From: Chloroflexota bacterium
GTDB taxonomy: Bacteria > Chloroflexota > Dehalococcoidia > Lucifugimonadales > UBA3495
Assembly: GCA_027623675.1 (NCBI GenBank)
Contig: JAQBVF010000015.1
Location: forward strand, 1-64,000
DNA: 64,000 nucleotides
Reading direction: 5' to 3'
This document shows positions 30,738 through 40,040 of the stretch, piece by piece. Every line of letters begins with the position of its first letter. Position 1 is the first letter of the stretch. The notes under the pieces are model-generated. The model was not told where the DNA came from and made no database searches. It saw nothing but the letters and a program-made list of their open reading frames with translations. The translations under genes were made by a program, and so were the position numbers.

Positions 30738-31550
30738 CTAGGCTGTAGGCATTGGGATGCCCGGTCCCCAAGTGATGCCGAAATCGGCCCTTTCTACCCT
30801 TTGCCCCGTGAAGGTTGACGCCTTTTGAGCGGCAAGCCACACGGCGGCGGCGTCGATCGAACCGGGTTGTTCCATGGGGATGTGCGCGGTGCCGGGCCAG
30901 TCGCCGTTGCGGTTCATCCAGGTATCGACGCGGCCGGGACTGAGCACGTTTACGGCTATGTTGTGTTCCCGGACCTCTTCCGCCAGGCTCAGGTAAGCCC
31001 GGTCCAAGGCGGCCTTGCTCATGGAGTAGCCCACCCGGCCTTCCCGGTAGCCCAGGGAAGCGCCCGAGGTGATGCAGAAGATAGACCCGCCGCCCTTCTG
31101 CTCGAACATGGCCGGCAAAACATATTTGCAGAGCAGTATCGGCCCCCGGATGTTGACGTTGATCGCGCGGTCCAATAATGCTTCATCCAACTCGGCAACC
31201 GGTGATTCGCAGTCCACGCCGGCGTTGGAAACGACGATGTCGATGCGGCCGAAATGCTTGATGGTACGCTCGACCAGGTTCCGGAGGTCTTCGGTCTTGG
31301 TGACATCGCAGGGGACGGGCAGCGCTTCTCCACCGGCCTCAGCTATCTGGCGGGCGGTGTCGTTTATCGTTCCCGAGCCGTACTTGATGAAGGGAGAGTC
31401 CGGGGGAGGCTCGTTCTCGGTCCGGGAGGCCACCACCACCTGGGCGCCGGCGGCGGCTATCGCCAGAGACATGGACCGCCCGATGCCACGGCTGCCCCCT
31501 GTGATGATGGCTACTTTACCGTTCAGTTCACCGCCGGCAGGCATGGTCAC
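30738..31550 (-). CDS. Short-chain dehydrogenase/reductase
   Basis: TGGSRGIG, SNAG, YSMSK catalytic motif, VNVLSPG. Confidence 0.9.
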   Translation of the reverse strand: MTMPAGGELNGKVAIITGGSRGIGRSMSLAIAAAGAQVVVASRTENEPPPDSPFIKYGSGTINDTARQIAEAGGEALPVPCDVTKTEDLRNLVERTIKHFGRIDIVVSNAGVDCESPVAELDEALLDRAINVNIRGPILLCKYVLPAMFEQKGGGSIFCITSGASLGYREGRVGYSMSKAALDRAYLSLAEEVREHNIAVNVLSPGRVDTWMNRNGDWPGTAHIPMEQPGSIDAAAVWLAAQKASTFTGQRVERADFGITWGPGIPMPTA

Positions 31551-31554
31551 CCGA

Positions 31555-31983
31555 TCAAACCAGGCGGAACTTGGGCAGGGTGATAGTGTCGTCCAATGGT
31601 TCGAACACGACTTCCACCGCCATGCCGATCTTGATGTTGGCAGGGTCGGGATCGGCTATGACCAGATTGCTGGGCATGCGCGGCCCTTCTTCCAACTCAA
31701 CGATCACCGGCACGTAGGGCGCCTTGTCACGGAAGGGCGGAGTGGGTCCCCGGTGGACGATGGCGAAGGTATGGATGATCCCCTTGCCGCTGCTCTTGAT
31801 CCAGTCGGTATCCCGGGAGAAACAGCCAGGACAGATGTCGCGAGGGTAGAAGTAAGAGGAATCGCAGGCATTGCAGTGGCGCAGCCACAGTTCTTCTTCC
31901 TTGCATTTTTCCCAATAGAAGTCCGATTCCGGTTGGGGTGTGGGAGATGGAATTGGGGGCGAAGATTGTTGTTGCTGGGTCAT
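31555..31983 (-). CDS. Zn-ribbon/OB-fold protein (DUF35/ChsH2-like)
   Basis: CNAC...YPR..CPGC, SSGKG.I.TF, PY..IVELEEGPRM, IGMAVEV.F; start ATG 31983 after AGGAG. Confidence 0.88.
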   Translation of the reverse strand: MTQQQQSSPPIPSPTPQPESDFYWEKCKEEELWLRHCNACDSSYFYPRDICPGCFSRDTDWIKSSGKGIIHTFAIVHRGPTPPFRDKAPYVPVIVELEEGPRMPSNLVIADPDPANIKIGMAVEVVFEPLDDTITLPKFRLV

Positions 31984-32504
31984 CTGCCGCTCCTGTCGTC
32001 TGGCTGTCGGTTGGCTCTCGGTCCGCTCGGGGCCGATGCCTCCAAAAGAATAGGGACAAATGCCACACGCGTCAAGAACGTGGCGCACACCTAAGCCCCG
32101 ATCGATCATGGCTTTAGCGCCGATCTCGCCGCCGATCGTGAGGCTCCCGGAGGACTCCGTGCCAGTCAACCTCCTATTCAAGAAAACTTAGGTCGTTCTA
32201 CGCAAGGGTCCGCCTATCGGACCACGATCGGCCCCCCTCTTTAATATCCCTGTTGAAAGAAAGGGTCTGCCCGCACTAATCGGTGCCTCTCAACGACTTA
32301 GACCTACTCCTCTGTGGGAATGATCTCGGCGTTGCATCGACTTGCCGTTTGCATCTGGCGGGATTCCATTGCACCCTGCCGGTGCTTCGAGTAACGTTGG
32401 AGACGACAGGATATTACGCTCAGCGTTTGGGCATTTGGTGGAGATATGAGTCAATCCCTGATTCGTGGAAGCGGGTCGTCGACAAAACTTGGAGGCATCC
32501 CAGC

Positions 32505-33536
32505 GTGCGTATAGCAGTCATGGGGGCCGGAAGCACCGGCGGTTTCTTTGGCGGCATGCTGGCTCGCGCCGGAAATGATGTGTTCCTGATAGCGCGGGGG
32601 GCCAATCTGGAAGCCTTGAGGGCCAATGGCCTGAAGGTCATTCGGGACGATGAGGAGTTCACGGTGCAGTGCAATGCCACCGATGACCCGTCCGAGGTCG
32701 GCCCGGTGGACCTGGTCCTGCTCTGCGTCAAGACCTACCAGAGCGAATCGGCTCTGCCATCCATGAAGCCGCTGGTGGGACCCGGCACCACGGTCCTGTG
32801 CCTCCAGAACGGCATCGACAGCTATCTGCCGGTTGCGGCCGCCCTGGGGAAGTCGACGACTTTGCCGGGCGCCGCCTTTATCGAAGCCAACCTGATCGGA
32901 CCCGGAGTTGTTCGTCAATCGGGCAGTCTGGTGCGCATCATCCTGGGAGAACCCTTCCTGGCTGAGCCCGAACCGGCCCCTGCTAATAGTGAAGCCAACC
33001 CTGATGGCGTCCCCGCCGAAGGCATGGAATCCGGCGGCCATGGATCCGAGCGTTGCCAGGCCATCCGAGACGTGTTCATGGAAGCTGGTATTCCCGCCGA
33101 GGTTTTGCCCGATATCAGTGCCGGCCTGTGGGGGAAATTCCTCTTCATCGCCACCATGGCCGGCATCACCTCGATGGCGAGGGCCCCTCTCTCTGCCCTG
33201 ATTCCTCAACCGGCTTGGCGCAAGGTGGTTGAGGAATGCCTCACCGAGGTCTATGACGTCGGCCGAGGCTGCGGGGTCGATCTGCCCAATGAGACCGTGC
33301 CCAACACCGTCAAGTACATCGAAGAACATCTGGCCGACCTCCAGGCATCGATGCACACGGATATCATGGGCGGACGCCCGCTGGAGCTTGAGGCATTGAC
33401 CTGCGCGGTGATCCGGTCGGGCATACAAGCTGGTGTGCCGACACCGGTGAATGACGTGATATACGCCATGCTAAAGGACTACGAACACGGAAGTTCGACC
33501 GGGGCCGGGGCGCATGGCGTTTCTGGTGCTCCGTGA
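32505..33536 (+). CDS. panE: 2-dehydropantoate 2-reductase (ApbA/PanE family)
   Basis: RIAVMGAGSTG, LCVKTY, LQNG, W.KF, SMHTD..GRPLE, GVPTP.N; GTG start at 32505 after GGAGG. Confidence 0.85.
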   Translation: MRIAVMGAGSTGGFFGGMLARAGNDVFLIARGANLEALRANGLKVIRDDEEFTVQCNATDDPSEVGPVDLVLLCVKTYQSESALPSMKPLVGPGTTVLCLQNGIDSYLPVAAALGKSTTLPGAAFIEANLIGPGVVRQSGSLVRIILGEPFLAEPEPAPANSEANPDGVPAEGMESGGHGSERCQAIRDVFMEAGIPAEVLPDISAGLWGKFLFIATMAGITSMARAPLSALIPQPAWRKVVEECLTEVYDVGRGCGVDLPNETVPNTVKYIEEHLADLQASMHTDIMGGRPLELEALTCAVIRSGIQAGVPTPVNDVIYAMLKDYEHGSSTGAGAHGVSGAP

Positions 33537-33582
33537 TACCCGACGCAAAGTCCGCTACCGCGAAAGTTAATGAATCGACGGG

Positions 33583-34140
33583 ATGGGAGAACGGCTGATG
33601 GCAGCAACACCGGACAGCCACGATCTGGACAAACTGAACCGGTGGCATGAAGGCCTTAACTCGGATTCCGGGAAGTCCGAGTCCAGCTTCCCCGTCTGCG
33701 CGGTCTTCCTGGTCTCGAGTAATGATGGGCGTGCTCACGACATCTTCCGCCGCTACCGGACCGTTTTCGAAGAGTTGGGCGCCGGTTTCCACGATCTGGT
33801 AATCTTCGGGCAGCACGGCGCCTCCACCACCTGCGCCGCGGTGTTATCCGACTTTGGACTAGGTGGACTGAAGATCTCTTCGCTCGCACTCATCACGAGC
33901 GGAGACTCCTTGACAAGCCACGCCACATCCCTGCCGGCCGGTGTTTTGGCGGGTGGGGAATTGGAAACCGAAGGGGATGCCGTTCCTTGGAGTGCGGCCC
34001 TGGAAGTTATCAGAGAGGCCGTGGAGGCCGGGAAGACGCCGGAGTTGGGATCGGTGAACGGCTTGGAGCGGGTTCACCTCCCCAGCGGCGCACTCGCCAG
34101 CTTGGTGGGGCGGGTTAAAGAGCAGATTGAGGGGTTATAG
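33583..34140 (+). CDS. Hypothetical protein
   Basis: 185-aa ORF filling the gap, protein-like composition; no family recognised. Confidence 0.6.
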   Translation: MGERLMAATPDSHDLDKLNRWHEGLNSDSGKSESSFPVCAVFLVSSNDGRAHDIFRRYRTVFEELGAGFHDLVIFGQHGASTTCAAVLSDFGLGGLKISSLALITSGDSLTSHATSLPAGVLAGGELETEGDAVPWSAALEVIREAVEAGKTPELGSVNGLERVHLPSGALASLVGRVKEQIEGL

Positions 34141-34926
34141 GGCGGCGGTCAGCAGCACCCAAGCGCCCCATCCGACCAGCAGCGCTCCCGTCGCCCGGCT
34201 GAGCTTTTCCCCGGCCGGAGCGACCTTCTCGGCCAGCACAAAGGCGGCCAGTGCGGCGATCCAAACCAGGTTCATCACACCCAGCACGAACAACAGGGCC
34301 ATCAAGACCCAGCAGCAACCCAGACAATAGCGGCCATGATGCAGCCCCATCTTGAACGCCCCGGATGTTCCCTCTCTCCAATCGGCCATCAGGAAACTTA
34401 GCGGGCTGCGGCATTGGGTCAGGCAAACGTACTTCAGGCGGCTCCACTGGAAGACGCCGGCCAGGAGCAGCAGCCCTCCGCCCAGATACCCGCTGGAACT
34501 GCCGCCCGCCATGGATGAGAGCAGGGAAGCCTGATGCAGGCCCCAATTCCCCAGTGTCGCGCCGGCGGCGAACACCGACCAGATGACCAGATAACCGGCC
34601 AGGAAAACGCCGGTGGAAACGTAGGGCCGCGACTGTTCTTGGCGGCGGCGGTTGACGGTGGCGAACAGCAATATCATCGGTGCGGCGCTGGGCACCATCA
34701 TCGCGACCATCATCACGGCCCACATGACGAACATGAGCGCGAAGTCGACTCCGCTCCATGAGCGGGTGTTTCCCATGGCAATGCCCATGGAGGAGCCCAT
34801 GTCGGCATTGATCTGGGCCAGGTAGATGGTATAGGCCCAAGCGATGGCCGAGACTGCCACCACGCCGGCGATAACGACGGCGCGGTCGCGCTTGATGATT
34901 GATTCTATGGGTGTGGAAGTCTGCAT
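34135..34926 (-). CDS. DUF2182 predicted metal-binding integral membrane protein
   Basis: MWAVMMVAMMVPSAAP, F..GYL..W, K..CL..CRSP, YCLGCCW.LM.LLF..GVMN..W, EK. Confidence 0.88.
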   Translation of the reverse strand: MQTSTPIESIIKRDRAVVIAGVVAVSAIAWAYTIYLAQINADMGSSMGIAMGNTRSWSGVDFALMFVMWAVMMVAMMVPSAAPMILLFATVNRRRQEQSRPYVSTGVFLAGYLVIWSVFAAGATLGNWGLHQASLLSSMAGGSSSGYLGGGLLLLAGVFQWSRLKYVCLTQCRSPLSFLMADWREGTSGAFKMGLHHGRYCLGCCWVLMALLFVLGVMNLVWIAALAAFVLAEKVAPAGEKLSRATGALLVGWGAWVLLTAAL

Positions 34927-35040
34927 GTGGTGGGGGGACCTTCAACGGGTCGGGAAAAACCAGTGAATGTGAGCCTCTGAACTTGAGGAGACTCACACTC
35001 ACTTATCTATGCGTTACTTGGCCATCGGGCCAAACCGGGC

Positions 35041-35664
35041 TTACTGGTTGGTCCATTCCACCGGCGCGAAGAACGCGCTCTGGCCGGTGTGGTCAAACTT
35101 CATGCCGCCAAAGTCGACCTTCATGGTCGAAGTGCTGGCAGAGTCGCCGTCGTTCCAGATCAGTCCGCCGTTGGGGAACACGATATGGACCTCGTTCTCC
35201 TCGCCGGTGACCGGGTTAACCAGAGGAGTAAGCTTGGCCTCTAGGATTCCGTCGATGCTGAACCCGCTGTTGCGGCCGTCCACGTTCATCTTGATCGACT
35301 TCATGTGGGGGCCGTCCAGGGAGGTTAGAGTGGTCGCCAGGAGTTCCCAAGGCATTCCGCCGGCCTGGCCGGTCAGGATGGTCGCGATGCCGCCGACCTG
35401 TTCTTCCGTGGCCGATTCGTCGATGAAGATTGCCGCTGCGCCTTCGCCCTCGTGGATGGCCTTGGGCCATTTGACGGCCAAAACGACCTTCATGCCCGAC
35501 AGGTCAACATCTCCAATCTTGCCGTCATCGATTTGGATGCCGATCAAAGCCTCACAAGGGCCGTGGTCGGGGAATCCGCCGAAGTTGCAGTTGCAACCGG
35601 CGTCGCAGTTGCAGGTCTCCAAGAAAGTCGCCTTGACTCGGTAGGGAGTCTGTGTTTGAACCAT
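35041..35664 (-). CDS. DUF1326 family protein
   Basis: ETCNCDAGCNC, GPCE, G..GDVDLSG, IDE.A...Q, GQAGG. Confidence 0.85.
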   Translation of the reverse strand: MVQTQTPYRVKATFLETCNCDAGCNCNFGGFPDHGPCEALIGIQIDDGKIGDVDLSGMKVVLAVKWPKAIHEGEGAAAIFIDESATEEQVGGIATILTGQAGGMPWELLATTLTSLDGPHMKSIKMNVDGRNSGFSIDGILEAKLTPLVNPVTGEENEVHIVFPNGGLIWNDGDSASTSTMKVDFGGMKFDHTGQSAFFAPVEWTNQ

Positions 35665-35798
35665 AGAATGGTCATCCTATCTTAATCTGGGTCCGGGACC
35701 TATTGCAGAACCATACGAAACGAGTTTCCTAGAACGAATTTCGCAGGCGCGGAGGCCTACTGGAAAAACAATAAGTATTCGCGATTGTATTTTACTGC

Positions 35799-35826
35799 TT
35801 GACCGCGTGTCTAGTGATGCTATAAT
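35799..35826 (+). promoter_or_regulatory. Putative sigma70 promoter of the Mo-hydroxylase operon
   Basis: TTGACC-16 nt-TATAAT with TGn extension, followed by an AGGAGG RBS. Confidence 0.65.
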
Positions 35827-35848
35827 TCCCCGCGCAGGAGGTGCCTAA

Positions 35849-36724
35849 TTGGAACCGTTTGAATTTGTATCACCTAGTAGCATCGAGGAAGCCGTGAAAG
35901 TTTTGGCTTCCAACGGAAACAAGGCCCGGATAATGGCCGGCGGCACCGATATGTTGGTGCAGATGCGGGCCGGACGCCGGACCGCGCCCTTAGTGGTCGA
36001 CATTAAGGGGATACCCGAATTGAACGCTGTTTCCTATGATGCCTCCAAAGGGCTGACATTGGGAGCTGCGGTACCCCTTTACAAGATTTACCAGGACAAA
36101 ACCTTGGCCGCGGCTTACCCCGGACTGATGGATGCCGCCTCGCTGATCGGCGGGATCCAGATCCAGGGCCGGGCAACCATCGGCGGAAACATCTGCAACG
36201 CAGCCCCCAGTGGAGACGCGATTCCGGTGGTGATCGCGCTGGGTGGCACATGCACCATCGCCGGGCCCAACGGCACCCGGGAACTGGCGGCGGAAGATGT
36301 ATGTACCGCTCCCGGCCGGAACGCCCTGGAAGACGGGGAGATCATGGTCTCAATCTCCTTCCCCGCTCCCAAGGACAAATCTGGAGCCAGTTACCTTCGC
36401 TTCATCCCGAGAAACGAGATGGACATCGCCGTGGCCGGAGTTGGCTCCAGCGTCCAATTGGACGCCTCGGGTCAGAACTTCGTGTCGGCCCGTATCTCAC
36501 TGGCTTCCGTTGCTCCCACGCCGGTGTTCGCCAAAGAAGCCGGTGACAGCCTGGCCGGGAAGCCCGTCTCTGAGGAGTCGATTCAACAGGCCTCCGAACT
36601 GGCCCAAGCCGCCGCCAAACCCATCAGCGACATGCGCGGGACCATCCGCCAGCGGACACACCTTATCGGTGTGCTGACCCGCCGCACCCTTAACAACGCC
36701 ATCGAACGAGCCAGGGGAGGTTAA
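35849..36724 (+). CDS. Molybdenum hydroxylase FAD-binding subunit (CoxM/XdhB-like)
   Basis: AGGTDM, IGGIQIQGRATIGGNICNAAPSGD, PISDMRG. Confidence 0.92.
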   Translation: MEPFEFVSPSSIEEAVKVLASNGNKARIMAGGTDMLVQMRAGRRTAPLVVDIKGIPELNAVSYDASKGLTLGAAVPLYKIYQDKTLAAAYPGLMDAASLIGGIQIQGRATIGGNICNAAPSGDAIPVVIALGGTCTIAGPNGTRELAAEDVCTAPGRNALEDGEIMVSISFPAPKDKSGASYLRFIPRNEMDIAVAGVGSSVQLDASGQNFVSARISLASVAPTPVFAKEAGDSLAGKPVSEESIQQASELAQAAAKPISDMRGTIRQRTHLIGVLTRRTLNNAIERARGG

Positions 36725-36725
36725 T

Positions 36726-37196
36726 ATGGCTGGAGTAACCCACGTACAGACAACACTGAACGGCGAGTCGATCGATTTCCTATGTGAGCCTCGCCAGAGC
36801 CTGCTGGAGGTCCTCCGGGATGTCCTGGGCATGACCGGCACCAAAGAAGGGTGCAACGACGGCAACTGCGGGGCCTGCACCATCATCTTGGACGGCCGGA
36901 TCGTTGACTCGTGTTTGGTCTTGGGTGTTGAAGCCCAGGGCAAAGACATCACGACGATCGAAGGCATGGCCAATCCCGAGGGCTTGCATCCGTTGCAGCA
37001 GTCTTTCTTGGAGAACGCCGCGCTGCAATGCGGCATCTGCACCCCCGGATTCCTGTTGGCCTCCAAGTCGCTGTTGGACCAAGAGCCCGACGCCGATGAG
37101 GGCCGCATCCGGCACTGGCTGGCCGGGAACCTCTGCCGCTGCACCGGCTACGACAAGATCGTCCGCGCCGTGTTGCAGGTGAGCAAAGCCAAATAA
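36726..37196 (+). CDS. Molybdenum hydroxylase 2Fe-2S subunit (CoxS-like)
   Basis: GCNDGNCGACT, SCL, QCGICTPG, NLCRCTGY. Confidence 0.94.
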   Translation: MAGVTHVQTTLNGESIDFLCEPRQSLLEVLRDVLGMTGTKEGCNDGNCGACTIILDGRIVDSCLVLGVEAQGKDITTIEGMANPEGLHPLQQSFLENAALQCGICTPGFLLASKSLLDQEPDADEGRIRHWLAGNLCRCTGYDKIVRAVLQVSKAK

Positions 37197-37219
37197 CCAT
37201 CCACCCGCTATGGGCAATC

Positions 37220-37245
37220 AACCGGAGCCGTACGGCTCCGGTTTT
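37220..37245 (+). terminator. Intra-operon hairpin (terminator-like) between small and large subunit genes
   Basis: AACCGGAGCCG-TA-CGGCTCCGGTT-TT. Confidence 0.55.
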
Positions 37246-37269
37246 ATTATATGAAGAGGTAAACAAACC

Positions 37270-39546
37270 ATGACCTCAAATCAAGTTCTCTCGGATGTTG
37301 AATACAACGTTGTTGGCAAGCGCCCGGTGCGCCCCGATGGCGTGGATAAAGTTACCGGCCGGGCTCAATATGGCGCCGACACCCAGTTGACCGGCACGCT
37401 GTGGGCCAAGGTACTCCGCAGCCCCCATCCCCACGCCCGGATCAAGTCAATCAACACTAGCAAAGCCGAGGCGCTGACTGGGGTCAGGGCCGTGCTCACC
37501 GCCAAGGACCTGCCCTTCGCCTCCCTTTCCAAAGAGGCGTTGGGCGGCGAGTACGCCAGCCTCAAGTTCGCTTCCGACCACATGTTGGCCAGCGACAAAG
37601 TGTTGTTCAAAGGCCATCCAGTCGCCGCGGTTGCCGCGGTGAACGGCCACGTGGCCGAGTCGGCCTTGGCGTTGATCGAGGTCGAATACGAAGTCTTGGA
37701 GTCCGTCATTGACGTCCGAGAGGCCATGAAAGACGGCGCTGTCTTGGTCCATGAGGACCTGCGGACCAACGACATGGGCGAGATGTCCAGCAAACCCAGC
37801 AACATCGCCACCCACATGAGCTACTCCCTTGGCGACATCGCCAAAGGATTCGCCGAAGCCGACCTGGTGCTGGAGCGGGAGTACACCACGGCCACCGTCC
37901 ACCAGGGCTACATCGAACCCCATAACTCCACCTCGTTCTGGAACTCGGACGGGCAGGTAAATATCTGGACCAGCACCCAGGGTTCCTTCCAGGTGCGGGC
38001 CACCACGGCCAACGTGCTACGCCTGCCGGTTTCCAAGGTCAAGGTGACCCCCATGGAGATCGGTGGCGGGTTCGGCGGCAAGATCACGGCCTATCTGGAC
38101 GCCATCACCGCGCTGCTATCGAAGAAGACCGGCCACCCGGTGAAAGCCGCCATGTCGCGGACCGAGGTTTTCGAAGCGTCCGGTCCGGCGCCCGCCTCTT
38201 GGATGCGGGTCAAGATTGGCGTCAAGAATAACGGCAAGATGACGGCTGTTGAGACCGAGATGGCCATGGACGCCGGGGCCTATCCCGGATCGCCGGTGAT
38301 GCAGGCCATCGTCTGCGCTTTCGCCTGCTACGACGTGGAGAACGGCAAGGTCGACGGCTACGACGTGGTCGTGAACAAACCCAAGACCGCCGCCTACCGC
38401 GCGCCCGGATCGCCGCAGGCCGCATTCGCGGTGGAATCGCTCATCGACGAGATCTGCCTGCAGTTGAAACTCGACCCCATCGAATTCCGGTTGCTCAACG
38501 CCGCCAAAGAGGGCACACGCCGCATCGAGGGCTTGGTGGCCCGGCGCATCGGACTGATCGAGTGTCTGGAAGCCGCCCGCGACCACGACCATTACAAGTC
38601 CAAGACCAACGGCGGCAACACCGGCCGGGGCGTCGCCTGCGGTTATTGGCCCAACCGAGGGTTCCAGTCCAGCGTGGTGATGACCGTCAACTTCGACGGC
38701 ACCATCGGCCTGCTGATGGGCTCGGTTGACATCGGCGGAACCAGGGCCTCCATCGCCCAGCAGACCGCCGAGACGTTGGGCATCGCCTATGAAGACGTTA
38801 AACCCACGGTGGTGGATACCGATTCCATCGGTTACACCTTCATCACCGGGGGCAGCCGGACCTCCTTCGCCACCGGAATCGCGGCCATCAACGCCGCCGA
38901 GGATGTGATGGCGCAGATGGTCAGCAGGGCCGCCAAGATTTGGGACACCGAGGAAGACAACGTTGAGTATGTGAACGGCATGATCAGCCACAAGTCCGAC
39001 GAGGAGCTAAAGTTCTCCTTCAAGGACCTGGCCCGACAACTGGCCACCACCGGCGGCACCATCTCTGGCCGGTCCAACGTCGACCCCACCGGAGAGGGCA
39101 ACGGTTACGCCGTGCACGTGGTGGATGTCGTGGTCGACCCGGAAACCGGCAAGACCGATGTCACCCGGTACACCGCGGTACAGGACGCCGGCAAAGCGGT
39201 GCACCCCAGCTATGTCGAAGGACAGATGCAGGGCGGCGCGGTGCAGGGGATCGGCTGGGCCTTGAACGAAGAATATTTCTTCGACCAAACGGGCAAGATG
39301 ATGAACCCCACGTTCCTGGACTATCGCATGCCCACAACACTGGACCTACCGATGATCGACACCGTGATCGTCGAAGTCGCCAACCCCGGCCATCCCTACG
39401 GGGTGCGCGGCGTGGGTGAGGCAGCCATCGTCCCGCCCATGGCTGCCATTGCCAACGCCGTAAGCCGGGCGACCGGCAACCGGATGCACAGCCTGCCCAT
39501 GACCCCCGGCAAGATATTGGAAGCTGGCTGGGAGAACGGGAAGTAG
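37270..39546 (+). CDS. Molybdenum hydroxylase Mo-binding subunit (xanthine dehydrogenase family, not CODH)
   Basis: KVTGRA.Y, HQGYIEP, TSTQG, IGGGFGGK, AYRAPG, VEGQMQGG, GVRGVGE. Confidence 0.92.
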   Translation: MTSNQVLSDVEYNVVGKRPVRPDGVDKVTGRAQYGADTQLTGTLWAKVLRSPHPHARIKSINTSKAEALTGVRAVLTAKDLPFASLSKEALGGEYASLKFASDHMLASDKVLFKGHPVAAVAAVNGHVAESALALIEVEYEVLESVIDVREAMKDGAVLVHEDLRTNDMGEMSSKPSNIATHMSYSLGDIAKGFAEADLVLEREYTTATVHQGYIEPHNSTSFWNSDGQVNIWTSTQGSFQVRATTANVLRLPVSKVKVTPMEIGGGFGGKITAYLDAITALLSKKTGHPVKAAMSRTEVFEASGPAPASWMRVKIGVKNNGKMTAVETEMAMDAGAYPGSPVMQAIVCAFACYDVENGKVDGYDVVVNKPKTAAYRAPGSPQAAFAVESLIDEICLQLKLDPIEFRLLNAAKEGTRRIEGLVARRIGLIECLEAARDHDHYKSKTNGGNTGRGVACGYWPNRGFQSSVVMTVNFDGTIGLLMGSVDIGGTRASIAQQTAETLGIAYEDVKPTVVDTDSIGYTFITGGSRTSFATGIAAINAAEDVMAQMVSRAAKIWDTEEDNVEYVNGMISHKSDEELKFSFKDLARQLATTGGTISGRSNVDPTGEGNGYAVHVVDVVVDPETGKTDVTRYTAVQDAGKAVHPSYVEGQMQGGAVQGIGWALNEEYFFDQTGKMMNPTFLDYRMPTTLDLPMIDTVIVEVANPGHPYGVRGVGEAAIVPPMAAIANAVSRATGNRMHSLPMTPGKILEAGWENGK

Positions 39547-39586
39547 GACTTCCGGTAACGCCCACCGTTGGGTACTCATGACAACA

Positions 39587-39626
39587 AAGCCGACCTTTCG
39601 GGCAGACATGTCCGAAAGGTCGGCTT
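39587..39626. terminator. 15-bp perfect stem after the large-subunit gene
   Basis: AAGCCGACCTTTCGG...CCGAAAGGTCGGCTT; weak U tract. Confidence 0.6.
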
Positions 39627-39733
39627 CGCGTTTGTCTGGGTCTCCATTGGGGTTGACAAGGACAAGGCCCATACGGGAACCTGGATATAGCAACATACGG
39701 CATTACCGAAACCCTGAGCTAGGAGACTGGGCG

Positions 39734-40000
39734 ATGGCCACGATTTTCATTCCATCCATGTTGCGGCCCCTCACTGGTGGTGTGCGGCAGGTGGAATGTG
39801 AAGCGCGGAACGTCCGCCAGGTGATCGAATTCCTGGACGAGTTGTACCCGGGCATCAAGGACCGGCTGGTAGAGGACGGCGAGATTCGGGAGAATCTAGC
39901 CGTCGCCATCGACGGCGACGTGGCGATCATGGGCATGCTGGAAAAGGTCGGCGAGAACAGCGAAGTCCACTTTGTCCCGGCCATCGGCGGCGGACGCTAG
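39734..40000 (+). CDS. MoaD/ThiS/CysO-like ubiquitin-fold protein
   Basis: IP..LR.LTGG, L...YPGIK.RL, V.IDG, PAIGGGR; AGGAG RBS before ATG 39734. Confidence 0.85.
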   Translation: MATIFIPSMLRPLTGGVRQVECEARNVRQVIEFLDELYPGIKDRLVEDGEIRENLAVAIDGDVAIMGMLEKVGENSEVHFVPAIGGGR

Positions 40001-40040
40001 TCCGCTTTTCAGGAGTGATGGTGAAGATGGACCGAAATAT

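Noticed and set aside
35849..39546. Aerobic CO dehydrogenase (coxMSL)
   Set aside because: The active-site loop AYRAPG lacks the Cu-binding Cys motif, and no coxDEFG genes are nearby.
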